Shown: positions 14,486 through 26,800 of the stretch, one piece after another | Layout of the letters: each line of letters begins with the position of its first letter | How positions within the stretch are numbered: the first letter of the stretch is position 1 | Assembly: GCF_008831285.2 (NCBI RefSeq) | Contig: NC_045138.2 | Location: 3,720,001 to 3,784,000 of the forward strand | Reading direction: 5' to 3' | Source: Nymphaea colorata | Lineage: Eukaryota | DNA: 64,000 bases | The notes under the pieces: generated by a model | Seen by the model: the letters and a program-made list of their open reading frames with translations, nothing else | What the model was told of the DNA's origin: nothing | The model's database searches: none | Made by a program: the position numbers and the translations under genes

Positions 14486-17400
14486 ACCCCTAACCCCACC
14501 TCACCCTTCACCACCTATTCCCTCCCCGCCTATGTGCAAGAAGTTTGAGACTGAAGTGGAGGTACGGGAATGGCGAAGACAGAGACGCAACGTCCCTCCC
14601 CTGCCTTTCTGAGTGTGTGTGATAGCTACGACAACGACAAGGATTCCTCCATTCTGTTGCTAGGGTTCCTATTTTAGGAAAAAAAAATGAGAGACATAAG
14701 CGACGTCGGAAGAGGAGTAGATTTGGTTAGAAGCTGATGGAGGAAGGTGGTCGTTAGCAACAGAGAGCAGAAGCGAGTGGGAAAAGGGAGCAAGACAGAG
14801 AGCATGGAGGAGAGAAGGCGAGGAAGAGGCACGAAGGGACACGGGCCTCGGCAACTGGTGCGCTTGGTTCTATTCGGAAAGGGGCTCAGAGGCTCAACTA
14901 GTACACGAATGCCCAATTTTGCCCTTTTCATGGTCAAAAGACTGAAAATTCACATACACTCTCTCTCTCCCGCTCTCTCGGCTCCCAAGACCGTTCCCCT
15001 CTCCCCTTCTCTCTCTCTCTTTCGCCGTGTGTAACGCGCGTTAAACCTTGTAAGCCTTTGTCTTTATATGTAAATATAACCGGTTACCATCAATTATATA
15101 ATTATATATGTATATACATATGTATAATGTTCTTTTAGTTGTACGTTTATTTTCTGAAATTCATGAAACAATCAATTCAATCCTCTCTATATATACATGC
15201 ATATAATGGTTAGTAAATTTGGCACAATATACTGGTTTTAGGTGAGCTTTTGAAATCTGATTTTACTAATGAATCAGGAAAGTGTAAATTTATGAGTATG
15301 TAAAAGTTAAGACCGATATATGAATTGAATTTCAGAACTTTTCGCTGCAAAATTTCAAGAGAACTTACAAAGGCGATAACGTATTTTGATTCCTCAATAT
15401 TTGAAAGTGATAAAATGTGATTGTGCACTGTATTCTTTTTTGGAACTTATAATTCGAAACTTTCAAGTTTATTCATGAAGTCAGCTTTTAAGGAACATAA
15501 TCAAAGTTGGCCGACCTAATTAAACATCAGAAAATAGTAAGATGTTATATGAACATATTTATGATGTCAACTTGATTCAGGTAATTACATTTTAGAAGTC
15601 AATGTCCAAATGGTCATTTGTTCGTAATCATTGGAAACAAACAGCGAACAAAATTTCATTGTCTCGTAAACCGAAGGTTGGACGGAAAGAAGCACAATGC
15701 TGACTTTTTTTTTTGTGGTTGGGGGAAGGAGGGGAATGATGGAGTGTGCTGTTGAGTATATTTGCTAGTTTCTGCTCTTTTCTCTCCATATACTGTTTTA
15801 TGCCCTGGGGCAGATTCATTCATACCCAAAAGAAGAATGAGTTATATTTATAGAACACTAGCATTAGGTGTTCATGAATTTGTCTCAATCTTTAGGGAGA
15901 TTTATAAAACAATCACAAAGTGTTTCATTTACTAAATGGCCCCTAATTGCACAATGTAAAACCCTCAAGGTGATCTTTTGGTTTTTGTGTCATGCACGGT
16001 ACGTTCAATTTCAAAACCGTTTAGATGGGTCGAGTAAATGAACCAAATCCGTAAACTATTTAGATATAGGGCGTGGTTCCACAATCAAATTCGAATTTGA
16101 CTACAATAGTTGACTCGAATCTGAAAAAAATATATATAGACATCAGATCTTTTATCTTATGCTAGTCAAAGATGGATTCATTGTCAAAGAGACAACGTCC
16201 ATTTCTAAGCCTGAACTGTAGTAATAGGCCAATTATATAGAATGCGGTTTAAGTAAAATTCAGTAAAGGTTAGATCTTACCCAAGTTTGAACTGTTCACA
16301 TCCATAATTTTCAGTTCTTTTCTCTGTAGGACAGAGAGTGGTCAAGAGGAGAACTGTACAAAGAAAATGGAGTAGGGATCAGTATCAAGCTAATCAGCAA
16401 TGATCTTCGCAGCATCATGACTCACACAGAAAGCTGACGAACCTTAGACAGTGATCAGCCAGATTCATACCGAGCAGCCAGCAACAAAACCGGCCTTGCT
16501 AGCAATACCATCCATGAACATCATTTCGAGATTTATTCTAGTGCAATATAGAGATGCTATTTGATGTCGAACGTGTTAAATAACACGCCGGCCAAAAATA
16601 CATTGCTCCTGCAAATCTTTCCCCTCTCACGGCAAAGCAGGTTCTACAAAGACTTAGTTGCAGCTAATGCAACACCATAAAAAACTTGTGTGCAAGCTCA
16701 CAAAGTGCACAAGCACATCTTTTCAGTAGACTGGCAATATTTCCATGCTCAAGGTTCCTAGGTCTAGCAAAATCAACTTAGTTATCGAACTAAAAAGAGC
16801 TGCTGCAAGGGTTCAAAGCACGAAGATGTATGCATGCAAGAATGCGCCTCATAACACAAACGTTCATCCTCCACACTCAGCATGTATTCCTCAAAAGAAG
16901 ATCTCGAATAAAAGACAAATCCATCGACAATTTTTCTCTAATACCTTACGTTTCAATGTCCTTGCCTGAGCCCAACTTACATTTACTATGTTATCACAGT
17001 GAATAATCAAACTCTTGGCCACTTTTATAGCATCAGTTAATAATGTTCCAATCCATAAAGCAAGTGGATTTGTGCATTTTGAAGTTTCCATATCCATCTA
17101 TCAAGAGTCCAGCTCATATATCCTCACAATTACCACATTACCACGCGACCCATGAACTTGTCCACAAGCTCTCATGATGCCATAAGAATTAGTCAATGTA
17201 ACAAGCCAGCAGGCCCAGAATAAAAACAATATGAAACATGATCAACAACAACACGTTAAACTGAATAGAGACAATCTGATGCCTTATTTTCCAGATATTT
17301 TCCCTTGTTTTCATCGTCGTGCTTCTGCCATGGGATTTTCCCAAAATCAAACATTATGGTTTATAAGGACTACTAAAAATGAATTTTTCTCGCATGTGAT

Positions 17401-17827
17401 TTTGTCAACAAAGATGACTGCAAAATTTAATCTTCTTTCTAATTCATCCCCTCCCAAAAAATTGTCCTACCCCATTCCAGTTTCCAGACATCATGCCATT
17501 ACCTATCAACAATTTAATCTCCCAACACTGACAGCAATAGTCTTCTACAATAATTAATCCCAAATTCACTTACTGTTAGGTACTTATGCTCCAAAAGTGC
17601 ATGTGAAACCTAAATGAGCAAATACTTAGCTTTTTAATCTTTGGGAGTAAGAAACTAATAAGTAATCAGTAAAAGAAAGGATCAGGCAAGAGAGGTAAGA
17701 CTATTTATATAACAAGGAATTAACAACAGGCAATTAAGCTTCTAGTCTCAAACACTTAAAAATGCATCTGTTATGCATAGTTTGACTCTTAGGACACAAA
17801 CATTTCACCGATAAACAAGATAATCTA

Positions 17828-20191
17828 CTAGCATCCGTCACCATTTACACCATCTGCAGCTGCATCAAGATCCTGAGGGAAGAAAACCCTGCAAAAGCGA
17901 TAGGGAGGATCAGGCAAGAGAAAAGAAAAAAAAGATTGGTAAGCCACTTTATGAGCATATGGTTGTAAGTTTGTAACAGTAATCCACCGTCTAGCAGGCA
18001 TAGGTAGATCATTGTGTGGTATATATGAGTTCAAGTAAACCAGTGTATGATTGTGCATGTAAATCATGGCCGTGCAGGCTGGCCATGTATGGTAAATCAC
18101 TGTAATAATTTGTCACTTCAAATAAATTGTTGTATGAATGTGTAAATGGTCGTATGAGGGTTGCTAAGTAAAATGTCCTTCGAGGTAAATAATTGTTATT
18201 CTCAACCCATTTTGTATCACTATTACATCACTATGTCAGGAAAACATTGTCCACAAAACATCACTGTCCTTAGAGGTAAATCAGTGTTTAGTCAATTTTT
18301 TGTGAAAAGTAGATGGCATTATCGATAAGCTATTGTCCAGATAAATCGCTTTGCCACAGATGTGTGTGTTTTTACAGGCTATCGTTTGTCATATTTGCTA
18401 AATAAATGATTGTGCAGAAAATATCATTTCTTTACAGGTAAATCATTGTCTTTAGTTGATCTTTTATCCAAGTAAATCACGATCATTAAATCATCACATG
18501 ACTAAATCATCAAGTGGCAGACATCATAGTCCTAATAAATGAAGCATTGTTGTTAGTCAGTTTTATGGTTGCATTAGTAAATCCATGACCAACAGTAAAT
18601 TGTTTTACCAATAGATCGCTGTTCAAAAGTAAATTGTCCGCATTTTCATAATAGCTTGTTTGAGTAAATTTATATGCTTTCAACATTGCTTTTGGGTTGC
18701 ACATAGCATAAATCATTGCCATTCCTGAAAACATAAAATGTACATGCTTCAATAGCATATTAGTGTTCGTATTTTATGTTTAAAACAACTAGATAAATGT
18801 TACAAAAATGACATTGATGTAAGCTCATGCTAGTGAAAAGACAGCTATAGAGGCAACAGTGGCGTCGACAATCAGATGGGTTGTCCAGATAAGTGAGCAA
18901 GACAATAAGGAATTTCAAGGAACATGGCCTAGTCTGTCAAATGAGAAGCAACATAATGAAAATAAACCATTTGAAAAAACTCATATCCATTGTGGAAAGG
19001 GATGTGTGCTTATGAAGGAAAAAGCACAACCCAGACGTGAGATTTGAGTAGATTGACAAAATTTTAGTAAGAAACTAAAAAGCCCATTCAAACCAGAGAG
19101 ACCTCATAAAGAAGGAGGAGTTGGCTAATATATGCATATGATCCTAATTGTGTCCATCTGCCATTTGTGTGTGGTGCATGTCCATAGAAGTTTGAATGTT
19201 ATATCAACTGGATATGTCATTGTCTTGGAAATATGCACATATATTGTAGAATAATAACCTTTTGAGTGTAAGTATACTATGTCACATGGATGCAGGGTGC
19301 GAGATACATCATACAACAAATTTTAAAAAAAGATTAGGTGTGGGTGTAGCACACACACACGCACACGCTCACATATAAATCAAGATGAACCAAAATAAAA
19401 GACGGGGGCTCATCTATATGCAAGGGGTCCCAGTCAACAACAAAGAGAATCATGGAAATCCGAAAATCACTGGCAAACATGCAACAACACAGGGAAATCG
19501 AAAGAAAACGACATAATAATAAAAGAGATGAAACAGGAAAATGAGAAACAAGTTTATATACTTTTTGTAAGGCTAGTCTAGTCAGGTGCACAGTTAGAAT
19601 GGTCAGTTTTGGCTGGTTCAGCTTACTACACTGGATGTGCTATGTCGGAGAAACATCAGCACTAGCACCAGCATCAACATGGGTGGAGCAAAGACCCATG
19701 TGACATAGTAAGTATACTAAATTGTATATAGAATAATACATGTAGTATATAATATAAAATTTATACTACATGAAATACAATTTAATAATTGTATGTAATG
19801 CACTCATAACAAACTAAGTTTTTCAAATAAGTATACTATATTGGATATAGTATAATTCTACCGATATTCAATAGGAAAGTGTACACTACACTTTATATAA
19901 TCATTTCTTTTTTATTATATTAACCTTTAAATATAATTACACTATGTTCTGTGTAATGCCTGGCTTGAATAATAATAATAGTACATACTTATAAGTTATA
20001 ATGAATATAATTGTATAATGCACATGTAATATTGAGTGCACATATCATACTATAACATAAATACTTATAATGAATATATATATGTATGTATATTTATTTA
20101 TTTATTTAGCTATGCGGCAATATCCATCATCTGACAAATTTGAGCTTCATACATATATACATATATATTTATTTATTTATAAAGCGAGCGC

Positions 20192-20227
<36 letters not shown>

Positions 20228-20812
20228 CACACTCATACACACATACCTGCACACATGAAATACGTACAAACATATTTACCTGCAAGTGTTCTGGAACATA
20301 TGAAATAGGTACAAACAAATTTACCTGCAAGTGTTCTGGAATATAGTCCTAGCCAGACCATGGATGTCCTCAGTGCATTTACAAGCTGCCAACACCTCAA
20401 GGACTTGCCTGAAAAAAAAATGCTACTCATATGTTTGCAGTACCACCAAAAATGGCAAAGAATATAACATTGTGCAGTTAGTTTGATAAGAACCTAAGTT
20501 CTCTAATCAATTCCATAAAGGATGTCTCCCTCTTTTATAATGACAACATGAAGGATAAGCCAGGGTGTAACTTTCGATGGTTAAACCAATAGCCTAGAAC
20601 AACACAAAGGGATAAGAAATGTTTTCTCCCGAGCATGCATTCCCTAGTCACCTTCCAAAACCAAATCACATAAAGATTAAGGAGAAGTGCATTAAGCCAT
20701 AACGATATCTGATTTCTTTATTCAATCAGATAATGATTCTCTGTGATTTTGATGCAGTACTTATCTCTATGTATGCAATACATACATGCACACACACACA
20801 CATGTGTGTGTA

Positions 20813-20847
<35 letters not shown>

Positions 20848-20849
20848 GT

Positions 20850-20886
<37 letters not shown>

Positions 20887-23800
20887 CCTCACAGTACATG
20901 GTTCATTCCGACCTTTAACCATGAAGTCAGGGTCATATTTTTCCTTTTTCTTGGATGGCCATGCAGAAGTGACAAACCTATTTCCAGCATGAGTGCTCTT
21001 TATCTCACAATATGGGGAATCAGTTTCAATCATCAAACGTTCAATTGGAATAGCACCAACAACACTGAGATTCTCTGGTGTCTTCAGAGAACATCCATTT
21101 ATACCTGTTATTAGACAAAGGACAGAAATATTTTTGGGAAACATAAAAAACATCAAGACAGCACAGAAACAACTATCTCTAAGCAAAGCCTTCAAAGATA
21201 GAAACAAATACCCTTTCCATGAACCATTCAGTGTAGATGGTTAGGCAATACATTAAACAACATGAAATGGATCCAAGTATATCGGAAATATGAATCAACA
21301 AAAATGACATAGTATCTACTCCCAGAAGAAGAAGGAACTGGAGCAGGCCCCCAAACATTGGAATATATGGTGTCAAAAGCCTTTGAAGCTCTTTTATTTA
21401 TTAATCGAAAGGGAAGGGCATGACTCTTACAAATATGAGTATATGACAACTCGAGCACATGCTGGACTCACTGACTGAACTCAGACTGGACTTATCTAAG
21501 AGCCCGTTTGCAACAAGACTTCGAACAAAAGATTGACTACAATGAGTTAACCGACCATGCCAAATGGATGACTTATTATACTCTGCGACATTGACTTCAC
21601 TATGACTTGGAAAACATGAATCGGAAGGGTGAGGTTTTGACATCTGTGGAGCTTCTTCAAGGACATACATATCTCCTTTGCGAGTGCTCTCAGCGAATGT
21701 CTTCTTGGTTCGAGCATCCTTGACATAAACAGAAGAGGGTGTGAATTCAACAGAGGAGTGAGTATCATCAATAAGCTTGGACACTGAGATAATATTTTTC
21801 TTGGCACTTGGAACAACAAGAACATTCTTTAATGGAATGGAAGAAGAGCCCATAGAAATTTGTACATTTCCAATGTGCGATATTGTGTGATGGGAACCAT
21901 CTCCCGTGACAACTGAGCCTTTATCTAAGTAAGGGAGAGCACGAGAGAGATTACCTACGTCACCAGTAACATGAGCTGCTGCTCAAAAGTCCACATACCA
22001 TTCTCCTTGCTCGTTTTGTTTCAAATGAAGCTTAGACAGGGCTGTCATGAGGAGTTGTTGCATGTCTGCTGAAACATTAGATGTCTGATTTGAGCCAGAC
22101 GATGATGAAGCTGACCCTGCTACTGCCTTGTTCTCACGTCTAACTTGATTATTTTTGTTCTGCGAATTATGCCAATATTCTGACTTTACATGCCCCCTCT
22201 TGTTGCAATAAAAACAAGTCGGGACCCTTCTAGATGTGCCAGAAGTAGTATTCATGCCCGGTGGTGTTGGGAGAATCCCTCTTCCCATTCCTGCCTGAGG
22301 AGTCCAAGTACGAGTGTGATTCCCTTGCAGTGCATGTGTCCCTGTGATCAGTACATTGTGACTATTGGAAGGAATCAAATTCTGTCGCTGAACACGACTA
22401 GCTTCGTGTTGGAATAGCTTGGCCTTCAGATCTTCGAAAGATGGGAGAACAGGTAGGACTTCCAGGACTTCCAAGGCTGTGCAAAAAATGTCAAAATCTG
22501 TTCCCAGTCCACTCAAGGCTTGTTGCACTTTGTCCTTGTCGTTGACGGGATGTCCAATGGCAGCAAGTTGATCACTTACACTTTTAATTTCATTCAAATA
22601 TTCCAAGACTGTACGCGTCCCACGCTTGATGTCCTGAAATTGCATTCTTAACTGCAGAAAACGTGCTTCGGATACCTGAGAATACGTTGTGGCAAGGGTA
22701 GACCACAACTTTAGGGCTGTCAATCATCATCAATACCTCCTAATACTTCCTCTAACAAAGTAGAAGTAATATAGGCAACAAGAGACTGGTCGTGAGCCAA
22801 CCAAACTTCATACTCAGGATTATTTTCAGTAAGGGTTTCATATTCAAATCTGATTTCACTCACAGCCACAGCCCCAGCGGCTTGATCTCCCACTACGGTC
22901 TTCTTCACTTCACGGTCAATATACATTGGAGGTGCTGGAGTGGTCCCATTGATATGCCCATAGAGTATGACTTTTAATAAAAGGGACAATTTGACGTTTC
23001 CAAGTCAAATAGTTACTATGATTCAGCTTTTGAGAAATAAGTTGGGAGATAAAGCTGGAAGATAGAAGAGAGGGGTTCGGCTGATCCATAATTGAATAAA
23101 GATGATTAGGGCAGACCACAAGCGACAGAAATTAGGGCAAAACGATGAGAAATTAGGGCAAAACAATTAGGGCAAATCGATTAGGGCAAATCACACAAGA
23201 TTTAGGGCAGAAACTGAAAAGAGGGATAACCACGCCAGAAAAGAGAGAATTTAGGGCAGATTAGGGCTAATCAAATCAAACTGAAATCACTTACCGGAGG
23301 ACGAACAACCTGACTCTGATACCATGTGAGAATCTTCACAAAGAACTCATCTCTCCGTTTGCAAATCAGATATATTGAAAAGAGAGGATGAAAGAAGGCG
23401 ATGGAGGAAAGGGAGCAGCCGGCTTAACACAACCCTACGTTCCTTAATCTTTTAATTAATCAATAACCCTAATTAGGTTACAACAGATTTGTACAGAAAA
23501 ATATAAAATATTACAAGAGAGCCACCGCCTAGTATCCTTAGGCATGTGGATATAAAGAGAATGGATCGGGTCTGAACAGACCCGATCCCCATACGCTAAA
23601 AAGTAGCACCTAATTACTCATTGGCATTGCTAGTGATGCCTCATAGAATCAGATAAGATTGAAGTCCATGACAGAAAAAAAAAAAAAAAATTATGGAATA
23701 GCAAATTTCTAGAAAACTAATAGGCTAATTGAGCTTGCTAAAGAAAAGGTCACCTAGTCTCCTCAAAATGAGGCTGCAAGGAAAATTTGAAACGAGAGCA

Positions 23801-26800
23801 TTCCCAGAGTTACAGTTACCCCTAGTAAAGACACTCAATACATGTACAAAAGCCAATAAGAGAAGCATCCCAATAAAATAAATACCTATGTACAAACCAG
23901 TGAACTTTAGAAGCAGATCACAATCTTTTGCACTACCAGTAAATGAATGTGCAACACCTGTTGTAAACCTACGCAATGGAAAATGATAACAAGTCAGTAC
24001 CCTGCCCATGGCTGCAAGCAAGGAGAACAAATGTCAAGGTGCTATCTGACAAATGTAGTTACAACTTACAACTATTAGTTCTAGATAAACACATGAACCA
24101 CAGGAAACTTACAAATGTTTATTCCTTGACAAAATGTCACAAAAATCTTCAGCAGCAGCACGCATATGAAGAAACATTGGAAGCTTCAAAGCTGCAGCTA
24201 ATTCAAATTGCCTTTCAAAATATCTGATTTCAAAAGTTAGGGTTAAAATTGTTTGAAACTTATAAACAGCAAGTAATAGTAACCTAGTTGAGCAAGAACA
24301 CTAGTAAAATGATGTACAAGGGTGTGTGCATATGCGAGCACAGCTTATAAACAATTTAGATCTAGCATGTACATAGGGCCTGATGCAGATCATGTTGGGA
24401 TATGATTTTTTTATTCAATTCAACACATAGCGTCCTGTTAGGGTTATGAAAGTTTTCCAGATTTGTATTCTGTGCATTTCTATTTCATTCAACTACCTAT
24501 TCCTGTGGGATGTGTGTCAACCAGATTGTGCTCTCATATTTCAGACATTTTCCCACACTTGGAATAATGGTTTTGGGCAGAACCTCCACATATTCTTCCT
24601 GGAGACAATGGCACTTTAAAAACCATAGTTGTGTGCGTTGTCTTCTTGATCAGAACCAATAACATGCCAAGTTATTTACTCTTCAGAAGACCTTCTTTTC
24701 AATCATGTGACTGATATTTCTGTAGGAATTTAATATCTTAAATCACTAACAGTTGATAACTTCTCAAGTTCGTGTTAAGAAAAAAGCTCATTGTTAACAT
24801 AAAAAACTAGTTAAGGTATCCCCAAACAAAGCAAATATGCTACGTACATCTGTTGGTCTGATTAAGAAGATGCAGCTTAAATTTGAACTCTCTCAAATGT
24901 CCTTACATATGTGTGTGCATGCTAAGGAGAGAAGGGAGAGCTTCAGAACTCTGCCCGCATGAACCATGAAAATGATACTTTATGGAAAACCCTTGCATAC
25001 ATCTAGCAGCCAAATTTAGCATCTTACCATATGTTCCATGCCTTAAGATAGTTCAATTTTCATGTCTAAATGTACCAGTAATGCCATTCATTTATTTTAT
25101 TTCACCCTCATATTATAAACCCAACATAACTTAATTCAGAAGTGACAAACAGACACTCCAGAGCATGTATTGCTACCTTATTCAAATAAGTCATCTGGAG
25201 GTGAGGACTCTTGGCTTCTGTCATAACATTTCATCAAGATATCATGCAATTGGTTCTCAAAACATTTCTCTTTACAATCTTTTTCCTGGAGACAATGGCA
25301 AATATTTAATTTTGGGGGGATTTCCAATGAGCCAACAGTTTGCTGGTATAATATTAGGAACTGACATATTCTGGAAAGGTTGTATTAATAAGCATAATAT
25401 TTCATTGCAAAACATATTCTCTCTTCAGAAGAATTCAACAGAAATTGGTTTTCAAAAAACAGTTTACAATTTTTGTTCTATACTCTAATAAAAAAACATT
25501 ATTCAAAAGTTAAGTAGGACAAAAAACATATTAATACTAAAATCAGTTAAAGCCAAATCTAAAATAGCATTTTGCACACAAGGAGTAGTCAGTAAAAGAT
25601 CTATATAGCTAAGACATAAGAACTTAGCTTGTACCGCAACTGGTGGTTGAAAGTCTAGCGATAAGGAAAACCTAATCATTTATCAAGGTCCAAATCTGAA
25701 GATATTTGAATACAGGAATTACAACCAATTACTCGAGCTTAATAACTTATCACTGATAAGACCGTTTACATAATTAAAAGGAAAATTAAGTTAAACATTT
25801 CAGACAGAAGTTACTTAACCTTTAAAACACATATAATACATAGAATCAACAGTTTAAGCAAACTATATTGCAGAGAACCAACTTCCATGAGCAAAATATT
25901 GTAGTAAATCACAATAATAAAAGTTAGCTCTGAGAAAGCTTAGCTCCTATCATTAAAGATGTATAATTAATCAATAGTGATCTAACTTCACTTACAAAAG
26001 CTACATGAATACTTAATGATATTTTCTGAGCCTCCACCATGCTCTTCCTTTTTTCCTCATTTACCCCTCAAAGGGTATCTTTAGAGTCTATGGCCGTCAG
26101 ATAGGCACCTAGATCTATTGGCAAATCACCATTTTGGTCATTGTTGTTGAGAAAATAATGAGATTTCAGTAAGATGGTTATTAGAATTTTAGAAAGTATG
26201 GATGAGTAGTTTTCGTGTTATTATATGGACTTCTATGTAATTCTTCCACCATTCCCCTAATCTCTATTTTAAGAGATTACGGTTATCCTAATGACACGAT
26301 TTTTCTCTCTCTCAACCTGTTGACTACAACATGATATCAGAGCCACTGCTTCCTAGGAGGGTCTGCAACTATACTTTGTCCTTCTTCCTTGTTCTCTTCT
26401 CCCTTCCTTCTTTCTTCTTCACCATTATCCTCTATTCTGTATATCTGAAGGTGTCTAAGGTTTGAATCACGTGATCAGAGACCTGATTGCTCATGTAAAG
26501 AAACCTAAGCAATCATAATCACAGTGGCTGTTGACATTGATGTTGAAAACAAGGCAATCTGGTCCCGCTGATCGTTGTAGGTTTGAAGACATCTCTAGTC
26601 TGTCATGAAGCAAAATACATGTGTAGGTGATATTGGCGACGCCGACGAAGTTGACGTGAAGAAGATTGTGTTTCATGGTGATCAGTCCGCAGCTTGTGAA
26701 TAAGATCTAAATGTGGATAATTTTGATATTTATGTGGTGATTTGAGCACTCGGGTTTTCTGGTCTGATCTGTGCCCTAGTTGTTGCATCATTTGATGCTG

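Noticed and set aside
24590..25300. Short repeat TTCCTGGAGACAATGGCA at ~24596 and ~25283
   Set aside because: Flanking similarity is weak and the translations are unrecognisable, so no element or exon can be supported.
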